Below, one piece after another: positions 27,519-37,942 of a stretch of 64,000 nt of DNA. Under the pieces are notes generated by a model, which saw only the letters and a list, made by a program, of their open reading frames with translations, did no database searches and had not been told where the DNA came from. The DNA is from an uncultured Clostridium sp. (lineage in GTDB: Bacteria > Bacillota > Clostridia > Christensenellales > CAG-138). Where the stretch lies: the NCBI GenBank assembly GCA_900542285.1, contig UQNF01000001.1, forward strand, positions 8,663 to 72,662, given 5' to 3'. Numbering within the stretch: the stretch's first letter is position 1; every line of letters begins with the position of its first letter. The translations under genes were made by a program, and so were the position numbers.

Positions 27519-28016
27519 ATGGTTATTTTAGGTATTGATCCGGGATATGCCATTCTGGGATATGGCGTAGTGAATGCCGAAAAGGGCAAGCTTACCGTGG
27601 TTGACTGCGGAGTGATAGAAACCAAGGTCAAAACGCCCTTCCCCGAAAGGCTTGAACGCCTGTACGAGGGTATGCGTGCGCTCATCGAACGCTTTCACCC
27701 CGACCATGTGGCTTTTGAGGAGCTGTTTTTCTATCGCAACACCACCACCGCCATGCAGGTTGCTGCGGCAAGAGGCATAAGCGTCCTCGCAGCGCAGCAG
27801 TTCGGTCTGCCTCTATATGAGTATACGCCGATGGAAATCAAGCTTTCCGTGACCGGAGACGGCCATGCCGATAAGACCCAGATGCAGACGATGGTCAAGC
27901 TTTTGCTAAAGCTGCCCCGCATTCCAAAGCCCGATGATGCAGCAGATGCGCTTGGGATCGCCGTATGCCATGCAAATATGATAGGTCCTGCGGTTGAAAA
28001 CTACCGCATAAAGTGA
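27519..28016 (+). CDS. ruvC: crossover junction endodeoxyribonuclease RuvC
   Basis: MVILGIDPGYAILGYGVV...EELFFYRNTTTAMQVAAARG...DDAADALGIAVCH. I chose the ATG at 27519 over the TTG at 27507. Confidence 0.9.
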   Translation: MVILGIDPGYAILGYGVVNAEKGKLTVVDCGVIETKVKTPFPERLERLYEGMRALIERFHPDHVAFEELFFYRNTTTAMQVAAARGISVLAAQQFGLPLYEYTPMEIKLSVTGDGHADKTQMQTMVKLLLKLPRIPKPDDAADALGIAVCHANMIGPAVENYRIK

Positions 28017-28028
28017 TAAAGAGGTTAT

Positions 28029-28625
28029 ATGTACGCACATATAAGAGGAAATGTTGATTATATCGGTCTTGACCGTGTCGTGCTTGAAGCAGGAGGCGTT
28101 GGCTACGAGCTTGTTTGCAGCAAAAAAACGATCTCTTCCCTTTCGCTCAACACCGAGGCGAAGCTTCTGACGCACTTCTATATGGCACAGGATGCTATTG
28201 CACTCTACGGCTTTGCTTCGGAGGATGAGCGCGCGATGTTCAGAAAGCTCATTACCGTATCGCGTATCGGCCCGAAGGTCGCATTAAGCGTATTATCGGC
28301 CATGACGGCGGAGGATGTTGCGCTTGCTGTACTTACCGACAACCCTGCTGCGTTCGATCATGTTTCAGGCATGGGCCGAAAGACAGCTGCGCGAGTGATA
28401 CTGGAGCTTAAAGGAAAGGTCGATTCCGGTATAAGTCCGCAGATCGCCGCCTCCGTTGATGCTGCCAAGGCTGCCCCGGAGATGCGCTCTGAGGTAATAG
28501 CTGCCCTCGTTTCGCTGGGCTACGACGGCGTGACAGCAGGCCGTGCCGTTGCTGCCCTGCCCGACTGCGAACACGCTGCGGATATGCTGAAACTTGCTCT
28601 CAAGGAGCTTTCAAAGCGGCTGTAA
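28029..28625 (+). CDS. ruvA: Holliday junction branch migration protein RuvA
   Basis: MYAHIRGNVDYIGLDRVVLEAGGVGYEL...LITVSRIGPKVALSVLS. Confidence 0.9.
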   Translation: MYAHIRGNVDYIGLDRVVLEAGGVGYELVCSKKTISSLSLNTEAKLLTHFYMAQDAIALYGFASEDERAMFRKLITVSRIGPKVALSVLSAMTAEDVALAVLTDNPAAFDHVSGMGRKTAARVILELKGKVDSGISPQIAASVDAAKAAPEMRSEVIAALVSLGYDGVTAGRAVAALPDCEHAADMLKLALKELSKRL

Positions 28626-28657
28626 GCACCATTCTGAACTGATAGGAAAATTATCGA

Positions 28658-29686
28658 GTGAACGACGACAGGCTAATAACTTCATCATTGTTGTCCGAAG
28701 ACGAGTCCGCAGAGTACAGTCTGCGCCCGCGTTTTCTTTCGGAATACATAGGTCAGAGCAACGTCAAGGAGCATATGCGCGTATACATACAGGCAGCAAA
28801 GCTCCGAGGCGAAGCGCTCGACCATGCGCTTCTTTACGGCCCACCCGGCCTTGGAAAGACCACGCTCGCAGCGATCATCGCCAACGAGATGGGCGGTAAT
28901 CTTAGGATAACCAGCGGCCCCGCCATTACGCATGCCGGCGATCTTGCCGCCCTGCTGTCCAATTTGAGCGAGGGCGATGTGCTCTTTATCGACGAAATAC
29001 ACAGGCTCAACGCGAATGTTGAAGAGATCCTGTACCCTGCAATGGAGGATTTTGCCTACGATATCATCATAGGCAAGGGCCCTTCAGCAAGGTCTCTGCG
29101 GCTCGACCTTCCCAAGTTTACTCTGGTCGGCGCCACTACACGCATGGGGCTTCTGACCGGGCCTCTGCGCGACAGGTTCGGCATTAAGGAGCAGCTTGAG
29201 CTTTATACCCCCGAGGATCTGAGCGAGATCATCGTCAGGAGTGCCGGAATCCTTGACATACATATCACCCCTGAGGGCGCGCGTGAAATAGCCTCCCGTT
29301 CGAGAGGCACTCCGCGAATTGCCAACAGGCTCTTAAGAAGGGTCAGGGATTACGCACAGGTCAAAGCGAATGGGGTTATTGAGGCATCCACCGCAAGCGA
29401 CGGGCTTGGTATGCTTCAAATTGACGAGCTTGGGCTTGACGCCGTCGACAGGCGAATACTTTCGGCTATGATCGAGAAGTTCGGCGGACGTCCGGTCGGC
29501 CTTGATACCATCGCCGCTGCGACCGGCGAGGACTCTTCCACTATCGAAGATGTGTATGAACCCTACCTGCTTCAGCTGGGATTCATTGCACGCACGCCAA
29601 GGGGCAGGGTTCTCCTGCCCAATGCTTACAGGCATATGGGCTATACTCCGCCGGAAAACGGCGGTCAGCAAATCAGCTTCATATGA
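28658..29686 (+). CDS. ruvB: Holliday junction branch migration DNA helicase RuvB
   Basis: [19 protein letters not shown], Walker [20 protein letters not shown] and [18 protein letters not shown] start. Confidence 0.95.
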   Translation: MNDDRLITSSLLSEDESAEYSLRPRFLSEYIGQSNVKEHMRVYIQAAKLRGEALDHALLYGPPGLGKTTLAAIIANEMGGNLRITSGPAITHAGDLAALLSNLSEGDVLFIDEIHRLNANVEEILYPAMEDFAYDIIIGKGPSARSLRLDLPKFTLVGATTRMGLLTGPLRDRFGIKEQLELYTPEDLSEIIVRSAGILDIHITPEGAREIASRSRGTPRIANRLLRRVRDYAQVKANGVIEASTASDGLGMLQIDELGLDAVDRRILSAMIEKFGGRPVGLDTIAAATGEDSSTIEDVYEPYLLQLGFIARTPRGRVLLPNAYRHMGYTPPENGGQQISFI

Positions 29687-29741
29687 TACAATAATTCACC
29701 GCAAATGCGGTTGCCAGAATAACACTTTCGGAGGTTACGCA

Positions 29742-30965
29742 ATGATGAGCAAAAAAACAAAGCTGCTTGAGAGCCAGCTTGCGCAGGTCACGCAGTCGAA
29801 CGATGCTTTGAGAGCACAGCTTTCCCGAGCCGAAGAGAATGCTGCTGCGCTCTCCCTGGAACTGGAAGAAAAGAATAACAGGGCTCAAGAGCTTGAAGCA
29901 CGGCTTTTGCATTCCCAAAGCCGCCTTGAGGCCGTCACCGGCGAGCTTAATTCCAAGAAGGGGGATCTAGCCGGAGCCAATCGCAAGCTCGACGAATACC
30001 GTCTGCGCCAGGATGCGATAGTAAGCGCACTCACCGAAGCGCATGCTACCCGTGACCGCATCATTAGCGAGGCCGAAGCCGAAGCAGGCAGGATACGTTC
30101 CTCCGCAGCCGAAGCGAAAGAAGCTATGCTGGCTGCCGCACGAGAAAGCGCAGAGCGCATTCGCAATGAAGCTGACGAAATACTCAGGCAAGCGCGGGCA
30201 GAAGCTGAAAAGATTCAAACTGAAGCGCTCGAGGAAGCCGCCTCACTAACCGAAGCTGCCGAGGCAGAAGCCAAGTCCATGATCGAAGAAGCCGACGGAG
30301 CTGTCAATGCGCGTAAGGAGCAGCTGCGTGTGCTCAACAGCGAGCTTTCCGCCAGAGCTGCAATGGCGCTTGAGCAGACCGAGCTTTATGCGAGCATGCT
30401 TCGCCTAATAGCTGAAGCCGAAGAGCTCCAATATGACGAGCTCCCTGAGGATTGCGATTACGACTGCGAGAACTGTAAAGACAAGTGTGACAGCTATATC
30501 CCCGAAACCGCTTCCGATGAAGAACAGGAAAAGCCGGAGGACGAGTGCGATCCATGCTACACGCCTCCATGCGGCAAGCGTTCTACCTGCTGTCATGAAC
30601 AGGCTGAAGCTTGTCATGAAAATCCCGAAGCAGCCGATACCATTATTGATGAACCCATTGCCGATCCCGAAGGGGATGAAGAGCAATCCGAGACCGAGCC
30701 TGATTCCGAAGTCATAACATCCCCCTGCGACGAACGCCCCATCATCAAGACCGTGGCGGAAGGCGGCGATGTCGGCGCTTTCATGCGCAATCTCTATTCC
30801 CTCGAAGGCCGTGAGGCTCCCGATGAGGAGGGGCTTATTACGGATGTCGGCGAAGGAACGCCGCTGGTTCTTGACAGTGATGACTGCTCCGACGACCCTG
30901 AAAACGGATCATCCCCCATACCCGTCGATGCAGATCTCGCTGAGATACTAAACGATATCCTATAA
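29742..30965 (+). CDS. hypothetical coiled-coil protein with Cys-rich acidic C-terminal region
   Basis: Start at ATG 29742, behind GGAGG (the ORF-track start at 29502 overlaps ruvB). Long Ala/Glu/Arg heptad-like region, followed by CDYDCENCKDKCD...ECDPCYTPPCGKRSTCCHEQAEACHE and an acidic tail. Confidence 0.65.
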   Translation: MMSKKTKLLESQLAQVTQSNDALRAQLSRAEENAAALSLELEEKNNRAQELEARLLHSQSRLEAVTGELNSKKGDLAGANRKLDEYRLRQDAIVSALTEAHATRDRIISEAEAEAGRIRSSAAEAKEAMLAAARESAERIRNEADEILRQARAEAEKIQTEALEEAASLTEAAEAEAKSMIEEADGAVNARKEQLRVLNSELSARAAMALEQTELYASMLRLIAEAEELQYDELPEDCDYDCENCKDKCDSYIPETASDEEQEKPEDECDPCYTPPCGKRSTCCHEQAEACHENPEAADTIIDEPIADPEGDEEQSETEPDSEVITSPCDERPIIKTVAEGGDVGAFMRNLYSLEGREAPDEEGLITDVGEGTPLVLDSDDCSDDPENGSSPIPVDADLAEILNDIL

Positions 30966-30986
30966 CCAGGCTTTTCTATAAAAAAC

Positions 30987-31021
30987 AACACCCACTGCAA
31001 GGATTTTTTGCGGTGGGTGTT
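30987..31021. terminator. bidirectional terminator
   Basis: 14-bp stem AACACCCACTGCAA/TTGCGGTGGGTGTT (one G-U pair) with a 7-nt loop. A runs precede it and T-rich sequence follows. It lies between convergent genes. Confidence 0.75.
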
Positions 31022-31036
31022 ATTATGTTCAGAATA

Positions 31037-31672
31037 TCAGGAGAGCTTAGTACAGCCTCCGGCATTGATCAAGCCGTCCAGCTTTCTTCCGCGCTGACAA
31101 AGGGGACACTCATTGCTTGTATAGTGATTGTACGCAGCAAGGTCGCCCTTTTTGAATATGGTATGGATCGGGAAATCACCGGAAGCTTCGACAGCAGAGA
31201 ATATGGAAGCAATGCCCACAAGCTTTCCTCCGTAATACTCAATGCATTCGCCTGCACGGGCAAGACTCCTGCCGGTTGACACGGTGGACATTAGCAGCGC
31301 AATGTTCTTCCCTGTAATGTACTTTTGCAGCTCGCTGTTGAAAGTAAGCTGATTGTTGGAGTTGATCTCCGGTGTAACAACATGGATCACGCTTCTGGAA
31401 TTGACACTCCTTGCGCCGTCCATGAGTTCCTTTGCTAGGAAAGAGCCTATCATCTGCGTGCATTCGAGGCAGACTATTGTGTCGATATTAGTGTAGCGCA
31501 GCTTATTCGCAAGCTCAGACGCCACTTCAGACGCCATGGCTGCATCACAGCGAATCTCTGTCATGCTAATGTAAGTATCTACATGAGCATGGCTTGTTGC
31601 ATAGTGACCCGGATAGATCGTGAGTTTGATGCGATGATTTGTCGGTGCGTTGACCGTGGAACCGTTGAGCAT
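31037..31672 (-). CDS. phosphoribosyltransferase-fold protein with degenerate PRPP loop
   Basis: Start at ATG 31672, behind AGGAGG. Type I PRT-like layout, but the PRPP loop reads IALLMSTVSTGRSL (ST where the acidic pair is expected). The C-terminus carries CPLCQRG...GGC. Confidence 0.6.
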   Translation of the reverse strand: MLNGSTVNAPTNHRIKLTIYPGHYATSHAHVDTYISMTEIRCDAAMASEVASELANKLRYTNIDTIVCLECTQMIGSFLAKELMDGARSVNSRSVIHVVTPEINSNNQLTFNSELQKYITGKNIALLMSTVSTGRSLARAGECIEYYGGKLVGIASIFSAVEASGDFPIHTIFKKGDLAAYNHYTSNECPLCQRGRKLDGLINAGGCTKLS

Positions 31673-31778
31673 ATTGCCTCCTATGTTGATTGTTTTACTT
31701 AATTTTAGCACGACAAAAGCACCTTTGCAATATGCAAAAGTGCAAATTCACTGATAAATTATGAGTAATTTCTGCCAA

Positions 31779-32369
31779 TCAGTCAGAAATTGTATTTTTT
31801 ATCTTATCATAGGCGATGATAAAAATGGTCTCACACACCAGAGAATCATCCCGTTCATAAAAATGCGCAGCCCAGATCTCATCATCCATCAGGTATATCC
31901 TAAAGAACGTATCCGTTCCGTCTGCTTTGGTGACAACAAAGCAGCGCTTGACTGTCCGAGAGGACTCATCGGCATCGACCATTCCGACTTCGCTCGGCTT
32001 GATTGCCCTGTACCAATCGTCCTTGTTTGCATACGAGCGAATGACTCCCTCAAACGCTATTTCACGGTACTTCGGATTCTTTATCGTATTATCACCGAAA
32101 ACGAATTCGTCATCGGTCAGCCTGAACACGGTGTCCTTTGTCTTCTGAAAGTATGTGGCTTTATCCATGTTAAGCTCCGGTGAGATAAACTTTACCGAAC
32201 CAATGTCGCCGCCGCTGAGCTTATACCAGCCCTGTCTTACTTCGGAAGGCAGCCCGACCTGTTCCTCATCAAGTATGTACTTGCTCGGAAGCTTTTTTGC
32301 ACATGCCAACGCGCTCATAAGCATTATTGCAGATATGAGAAGTGCAGCGATCCTAATGCTCTTTTTCAT
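31779..32369 (-). CDS. hypothetical lipoprotein
   Basis: Signal peptide with lipobox (LMSALAC). I recognise no family. Confidence 0.6.
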   Translation of the reverse strand: MKKSIRIAALLISAIMLMSALACAKKLPSKYILDEEQVGLPSEVRQGWYKLSGGDIGSVKFISPELNMDKATYFQKTKDTVFRLTDDEFVFGDNTIKNPKYREIAFEGVIRSYANKDDWYRAIKPSEVGMVDADESSRTVKRCFVVTKADGTDTFFRIYLMDDEIWAAHFYERDDSLVCETIFIIAYDKIKNTISD

Positions 32370-32401
32370 TCTTCTCTCCTATAGTAAATTATAAATCAAC
32401 A

Positions 32402-33475
32402 TTAACTATCCTCACCGGCAAGCTGTCTTGTCCTTTCTGCGAGGATAAGGCCCTCGATGATCTCATCCATATCTCCGTCGATAAACTGCGGAAGCTTATA
32501 AACGGTCATTCCGATGCGGTGATCGGTGATACGCCCCTGTGGGAAATTATAGGTGCGGATTCGCTCGCTCCTGTCCCCCGAACCTACCTGACTCCGGCGT
32601 GCAGATGCTTCCTTGGCATCCGCCTCCGCACGATACAGATCATAGAGCCTGCTCTTCAGGACCTTCATAGCCTGTTCTTTATTGCGTCCCTGGCTGCGCT
32701 CATCCTGACTCTGTACGACAAGCCCGGTCGGAATATGCGTAATGCGAATTGCGCTCTCGGTCTTGTTGACGTGCTGACCGCCCGCACCGCTGGAACGATA
32801 GGTGTCGATCCTGAGGTCGTTCATATTGATCTCAACATCCACATCCTCGGCTTCCGGAAGCACCGCAACGGTAGCCGCACTGGTCTGGATCCTGCCCTGT
32901 GTTTCCGTCTCAGGCACACGCTGCACGCGATGTACGCCGCTTTCAAACTTCATGCGGGCATAGACTCCCTTTCCTGTCAGGCTGAAAACCGCTTCCTTTA
33001 CTCCACCGCGCTCGGTCTCGTTTATGTCAATAAGCTCATATTTGAAGCCATGACGCTCCGCATACCTTTGGTACATTCTGAGCAGCACAGCGCCGAAAAG
33101 CGCAGCCTCATCTCCGCCGGTCCCTGCCCGGATCTCCATGATAACATTTCTGTCATCGTTCTTATCCTTGGGCAGAAGCATAACCTTCAGCTCCCCTATC
33201 TGCTGTTCGGCTTTCTTTTCAAGCTCACGAAGCTCACTTTCGGCAAGCTCCTTCATATCCCTATCCGAACCGGCTTCCGCAAGCATTTCCTTGCATTCCT
33301 CGATCTCACGCTGAGTATCCGTGTATTCATCATACTTCGCGATAATTGGTTCCAGCTGTGAATGCTCCTTTACAAGTTCACGCCACCGATTCTGATCAGC
33401 GATCACATCAGGGTCTGATATCTCCCTGCTCAGTGCGTCAAAACGCTGCTTCATTTGTTTTAAACGTGTAAGCAA
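32402..33475 (-). CDS. prfA: peptide chain release factor 1
   Basis: PxT-type region [17 protein letters not shown] and the GGQ motif [14 protein letters not shown]. Confidence 0.95.
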   Translation of the reverse strand: MLTRLKQMKQRFDALSREISDPDVIADQNRWRELVKEHSQLEPIIAKYDEYTDTQREIEECKEMLAEAGSDRDMKELAESELRELEKKAEQQIGELKVMLLPKDKNDDRNVIMEIRAGTGGDEAALFGAVLLRMYQRYAERHGFKYELIDINETERGGVKEAVFSLTGKGVYARMKFESGVHRVQRVPETETQGRIQTSAATVAVLPEAEDVDVEINMNDLRIDTYRSSGAGGQHVNKTESAIRITHIPTGLVVQSQDERSQGRNKEQAMKVLKSRLYDLYRAEADAKEASARRSQVGSGDRSERIRTYNFPQGRITDHRIGMTVYKLPQFIDGDMDEIIEGLILAERTRQLAGEDS

Positions 33476-33502
33476 ATTCTTTTCCCTTTTATCATTTATT
33501 CT

Positions 33503-34336
33503 TTAAGGCAATTCTACCGATACGACTCTGTCATTGCCGCATATATCCTTATGAACCTTTACCCTTCCGATGGAAGCGAATAGCTCCGGCACGCTCTCCC
33601 CCTGGTCAAATCCTATCTCCATCAGCAGAGTTCCTCCCCTATTGAGGTGTTCCGCAAACTCATCGCTGATCCTGCGGTAGAATTTGAGTCCGTCGTCTCC
33701 TCCGTCAAGGGCAAGACGCGGTTCCATTCTGACCTCCGGCTGCAGGCTTTCGCAAACACCCGTCTCAATGTAGGGGGGATTAGCGGTTATGATATCGAAG
33801 CTTCCTCCGACGTTTTCAAACAGGTCGCTCTCTATGATGGAGCAGCAGACTCCGTTCAGCTCTGCATTTTTCTTTGCGACATGCAGCGCAGGGATGCTGA
33901 TATCCGACAGCACGGCGGATATCCCGGTTCGCTTTGCTATCGATATGCCGATGCAGCCCGATCCGGTGCAGATATCCAACATGGAAGCATAGGACCTGCT
34001 TTTGATAAAATGTTCGGCTATCTCAGCCAATGTTTCCGTATCCTGCCTTGGAATGAGCACGTTTTCATTCACAAAAAACGGCAATCCCATAAACTCCCAT
34101 TTTCCGAGGATGTATTGAAGCGGTTCATGCCCGAGCCTTCGGCTGATCATTTCGGATAATTCTCGGCTCTGTTCCTCATTGAGCTGTGTCTGCAGCTCTG
34201 AAAAGCCTATCCTATCCGCTTTCAGCACATACGACAGCATTTGGCGAAGCTCAAACTCCGCCTCACGCTCATCGCCTGTAACCAAAGCAAGCTCCGGCAG
34301 CCGGCTCTTAATAACCTTTCCGGCTATGCTTTTCAT
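33503..34336 (-). CDS. prmC: release factor glutamine methyltransferase
   Basis: SAM motif DICTGSGCIG and ITANPPYI (NPPY). Adjacent to prfA. Confidence 0.9.
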   Translation of the reverse strand: MKSIAGKVIKSRLPELALVTGDEREAEFELRQMLSYVLKADRIGFSELQTQLNEEQSRELSEMISRRLGHEPLQYILGKWEFMGLPFFVNENVLIPRQDTETLAEIAEHFIKSRSYASMLDICTGSGCIGISIAKRTGISAVLSDISIPALHVAKKNAELNGVCCSIIESDLFENVGGSFDIITANPPYIETGVCESLQPEVRMEPRLALDGGDDGLKFYRRISDEFAEHLNRGGTLLMEIGFDQGESVPELFASIGRVKVHKDICGNDRVVSVELP

Positions 34337-35373
34337 GCCTCCAAAGGGGCTTCTTCAGTATCTGCCGTGGTTTCCGTTGGTTCTTCAGCCTTTTTATTCG
34401 CCCTATCGTTATAGTATGCGCAATCACGCTCGCCCATTGCGATATAGAATGCGGCGATCGCAACCTCGATCATATCCTCGGTGGGTTCCTTGGTAGTGAT
34501 GAACTGAAGCCCCATGCCGGGCGCACGAACCGCCTTGGTGAGCCAGTTGTCCTTCTTGGCAGCAGCCTGGAGCACCTCATAGCTTATTCCGGCTATCAAG
34601 GGGAGACAGATTATCCTGATGCCGAACCGGAACAGGAACGCAAGGACGGAATTGTCGATCTGGAAGTTAAAACCATACTGAATGACAACATCGACGCAGG
34701 TCAAAACCAATATTGCTATCGCCATGACGAGGAACAGATAATTTGTTCCGCAGCGCGGATGGAGACGCTTGTACTTCATCGCATTTTGGGGAGTAAGCTC
34801 ATCCTCCGCCTCATAGCAGGCTATTGTCTTATGCTCCGCTCCGTGGTACATGAACAGACGCTTCATCTCTTTTATGCTCGAGCATGCAAAGAGATAGCCG
34901 ATATAAATAGCAACCCTGAGCACGCCCTCAACAAGCGAACGCCACACGCTCTTGCCCTCGCCGAACAGCAAGGATGAAATGAGCTGCGGCAGGAACACGA
35001 ACAGTCCGATAGCAAGGAGTATTCCCAGGAACAGCGCAACTCCGATTACAATATCCTCTATATCCTTGCCAAAGGTCTTGGAGAGCCACTTTTCAAACTT
35101 GGTCGGCTCTTCCTCTGCAAAGGCATCCGCTCCGTACATATTGGCGGACTGTGTAGTAGTCTTGATTCCGGTCGCAAGCGATTCAACGAAAGCTACGCAG
35201 CCCCTGACTATGGGAAGTCCCCAGAATGTGCCCTTCTTTGCCTTGGTTGAAAAATCTTTGTATTCGGCCACGATATTGCCGTCAGCACGGCGCACTGCCA
35301 TGGCAATGCCCGTTGGCGACTTCATCATAACGCCTTCCATTACGGCCTGACCGCCGACACTGCAAACTCTCAT
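34333..35373 (-). CDS. DUF1385 (YqhQ-like) membrane protein
   Basis: MRVCSVGGQAVMEGVMMKSP...YHGAEHKTIACYE...HPRCGTNYL. The internal ATG at 35373 avoids overlap with cysS. The ORF-track start at 35508 is too long. Confidence 0.75.
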   Translation of the reverse strand: MRVCSVGGQAVMEGVMMKSPTGIAMAVRRADGNIVAEYKDFSTKAKKGTFWGLPIVRGCVAFVESLATGIKTTTQSANMYGADAFAEEEPTKFEKWLSKTFGKDIEDIVIGVALFLGILLAIGLFVFLPQLISSLLFGEGKSVWRSLVEGVLRVAIYIGYLFACSSIKEMKRLFMYHGAEHKTIACYEAEDELTPQNAMKYKRLHPRCGTNYLFLVMAIAILVLTCVDVVIQYGFNFQIDNSVLAFLFRFGIRIICLPLIAGISYEVLQAAAKKDNWLTKAVRAPGMGLQFITTKEPTEDMIEVAIAAFYIAMGERDCAYYNDRANKKAEEPTETTADTEEAPLEA

Positions 35374-35392
35374 AAATATATCCTTTCCGGAA

Positions 35393-36793
35393 TTACACCT
35401 TTTGCCAGGTGGTGCCTTCCTTGGTATCCTTGAGCATAATGCCCTGTGCGGCAAGTTCGCTGCGGATCTCATCTGCACGGGCATAGTTCTTATTCTTCTT
35501 TGCTTCAATGCGCTCGGCTATCATTCGCTCGACATACTCTCGCAGCTCGTCGCTGTGCTCTTCTTCCTCCGCAATGAGTCCAAGGCCCAGAACCTCGTCC
35601 AAACTCTCGACGATGGCAAGCTTTGTGTTTCCGCTGACATTCTCCTTAAGCGCATCATACAGTACGGTCAAGCCAAGCGAGGTATTGAGATCGTTGCCGA
35701 CATTCTCAATAAAGCGTGCACGGTAAGCGTTAACAACACCTTCATCGACCTCGCCCTCCGCTTTGATGGCTGAGATGCGGCTTGTAAGCCTTTCATATGC
35801 CGCCTTGGCGTTGTTGAGGGAATCAAATGTGAATTCCAGGGGCTTTCTGTAATGGCTCTGGAGACAGAACAGCCTGTAAACCAGAGGATCATAGCCCTTT
35901 TCCTCAAGAACGGACACGGTGAGGATGTTTCCCTTGGACTTGCTCATCTTGCCCTCTCGGTCGTTGAGATGCTGAACGTGGAACCAATGTGTACACCATC
36001 TATGGCCCAGTGCTGCTTCACTCTGCGCTATCTCATTGGTATGATGCGGAAAGATATTGTCCACGCCTCCGCAGTGCAGATCGCAGTATTCTCCGAGATG
36101 CTTCAGGCTGATTGCCGAGCACTCGATATGCCAGCCGGGGTATCCGACGCCCCAGGGACTGTCCCACTTGAGCTCCTGTGAATCGAACTTGGACTTGGTG
36201 AACCAAAGCACGAAATCCGACTTGTTCCTCTTGTTGCCGTCCTCCTGAACGTCATCGCGAACACCTACGAGCAGATCATCCGAGGAGTGTCCGGTGAGTG
36301 CATAATAATCATCAAGCTTGGAGGTATCAAAGTAGATGTTTCCGCCCGCCTCATAGGCATAACCGTTCTCAAACAAACGCTCGATAAGCTTAATGTACTC
36401 ATCGATGCAGTTGGTCGCAGGTTCGACAACATCGGGGATCTTGATATTAAGCTTGCGGCAATCGTCAAAGAAAGCGTTCTCATAGAACTTTGCAATCTCC
36501 ATGACGGTCTTGCCCTCGCGCTTGGCGCCTGCAACCATCTTGTCCTCTCCGGTATCCCCATCGCTGGCAAGGTGTCCGACGTCTGTAATATTCATAACGC
36601 GCAGCACATCGTATCCTACATAGCGCAGGAACTTTTCCAGCACATCTTCCATGATATAGGAGCGCAGATTGCCGATATGCGCAAAATGATAGACTGTCGG
36701 ACCACAGGTATACATTTTGACCTTGCCCGGCTCATGTGTGCGGAATTCATCGACTGTTTTTGTTAGCGTGTTATAAAGATAAATCTTTTCCAT
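35393..36793 (-). CDS. cysS: cysteine--tRNA ligase
   Basis: Start at [31 protein letters not shown] (HIGH region) and KMSKSKGN (KMSKS). The ORF-track start at 36913 includes upstream hairpins. Confidence 0.95.
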   Translation of the reverse strand: MEKIYLYNTLTKTVDEFRTHEPGKVKMYTCGPTVYHFAHIGNLRSYIMEDVLEKFLRYVGYDVLRVMNITDVGHLASDGDTGEDKMVAGAKREGKTVMEIAKFYENAFFDDCRKLNIKIPDVVEPATNCIDEYIKLIERLFENGYAYEAGGNIYFDTSKLDDYYALTGHSSDDLLVGVRDDVQEDGNKRNKSDFVLWFTKSKFDSQELKWDSPWGVGYPGWHIECSAISLKHLGEYCDLHCGGVDNIFPHHTNEIAQSEAALGHRWCTHWFHVQHLNDREGKMSKSKGNILTVSVLEEKGYDPLVYRLFCLQSHYRKPLEFTFDSLNNAKAAYERLTSRISAIKAEGEVDEGVVNAYRARFIENVGNDLNTSLGLTVLYDALKENVSGNTKLAIVESLDEVLGLGLIAEEEEHSDELREYVERMIAERIEAKKNKNYARADEIRSELAAQGIMLKDTKEGTTWQKV

Positions 36794-36947
36794 GTCAATA
36801 TATCTATACCTTTCAAAGGATAAAATCTTCCTTGTCGGAATTGTCGGCAGAATGCCGAATATGCCCTTTTCTGTCACTGAAAAAGGCATACATATTTTCT
36901 CCGTGAGAGCCAAGTCTGCCGGCTCTCACGGGCAGTCTGAAACTTTG

Positions 36948-37829
36948 TTAAGACTTCTTAATTATATCGTCGACTGTTGGCTCGTCGTCATCGAAATCAA
37001 ATGCTGCTGAAGGCGCTTTCATATCACGGCCGGAGGCACGCTTGGCTTCGTCTTCCTTCTTTGCTTTTGTATCGGTCAACAGCCTGGTCACCACCATGCC
37101 TGCCAGGAACAAAACGATTGCGACGATGAACAGAATGGTATTCAGTGCCGATAGTTTACCGTATGCGTCAACGGCCGCAACGATTCCGGAAGCTATCATG
37201 CACAGCGCGACGAGGATACAGCACAGCCTGGTCACGAGCTTGTATTTCCTGTCCATGCCTTCCTTAATATAATCGGACTCATAGATCTTGCCCCTTCCGG
37301 AAATACCGAGATACAATGCATATAGGCCAATGCCCAGTATGATGATGTCCCATGCGGTGAGGCTCTGCTTGATGACAGGTATCTCAGCCTCTGCGGATTC
37401 CTCCGTCAGGCTGCTTACTGCTTTGACAGTGATCGTTCCCAATTCGGAAGCCGTAATGATGATAAGACCGTTTTCATTGATTTCCCAATCAAGCGAACCC
37501 TCGGAAATATCATTATTGTTTTCATCAGTCAGGGTAACGGTGAAGGTCAGGTGCTCATATCCTTCGTCACCGGGTTTTATATTGTTTGTCTCGCCTGCAT
37601 AATAGAACAGGGCGGCGCCGGTCTGCTTATTGACCTGCGCGGACGGCAGGGTCTGAACGCCGATCCTGCGAAGCTGGGGTTCCATTTTGAGCTCATCCTC
37701 TGTTGCTTCAAGCGTTGCCTGGCCGGAACTTGAACCGATACATCCGGTAAAGGATGCAAATGCGGTCACGAGCAGAAGCAGGCTCAGTACGAGCAGGGCG
37801 ATTTTACTAAGGTTTGCGGTCTTTTTCAT
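36948..37829 (-). CDS. hypothetical lipoprotein/membrane protein (extracellular domain, three C-terminal TM segments, acidic tail)
   Basis: Signal peptide with lipobox FTGC. Beta-rich middle part, hydrophobic segments IIILGIGLYALYL, LCCILVALCMIASGIVAAV and LFIVAIVLFLAGMVV, then a D/E-rich end. Confidence 0.6.
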   Translation of the reverse strand: MKKTANLSKIALLVLSLLLLVTAFASFTGCIGSSSGQATLEATEDELKMEPQLRRIGVQTLPSAQVNKQTGAALFYYAGETNNIKPGDEGYEHLTFTVTLTDENNNDISEGSLDWEINENGLIIITASELGTITVKAVSSLTEESAEAEIPVIKQSLTAWDIIILGIGLYALYLGISGRGKIYESDYIKEGMDRKYKLVTRLCCILVALCMIASGIVAAVDAYGKLSALNTILFIVAIVLFLAGMVVTRLLTDTKAKKEDEAKRASGRDMKAPSAAFDFDDDEPTVDDIIKKS

Positions 37830-37942
37830 ATTCTTCTCCGTTCTTATCTCTGTTAAATTTCAAATGTCAAAGAGAATACGCAAGGGCATACACCCAGGTT
37901 AATGCGCATTAACCCTCAGACATTAGAATTTCGTTGGTCAAA

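Noticed and set aside
32519-33361. 280-aa ORF antisense to prfA. Similar long antisense ORFs exist at 44817-45428, 37934-38548, 40661-41284, 48840-49505, 51998-52663, 59303-60034, 60980-61609 and 62099-62848.
   Set aside because: Each lies fully inside a strongly recognisable conserved gene on the opposite strand. None has an RBS, and their composition is low-complexity or biased. These are typical shadow ORFs.
36794-36947. T-box or other riboswitch upstream of cysS. Two hairpins are present: 36901-36931 (11-bp stem) and ATGCC(T)TTTT...AAAAGGGCAT.
   Set aside because: The first hairpin is best explained as the transcript-end structure of the upstream lipoprotein gene. No T-box consensus or specifier loop was seen, and the region is too short for a T-box.
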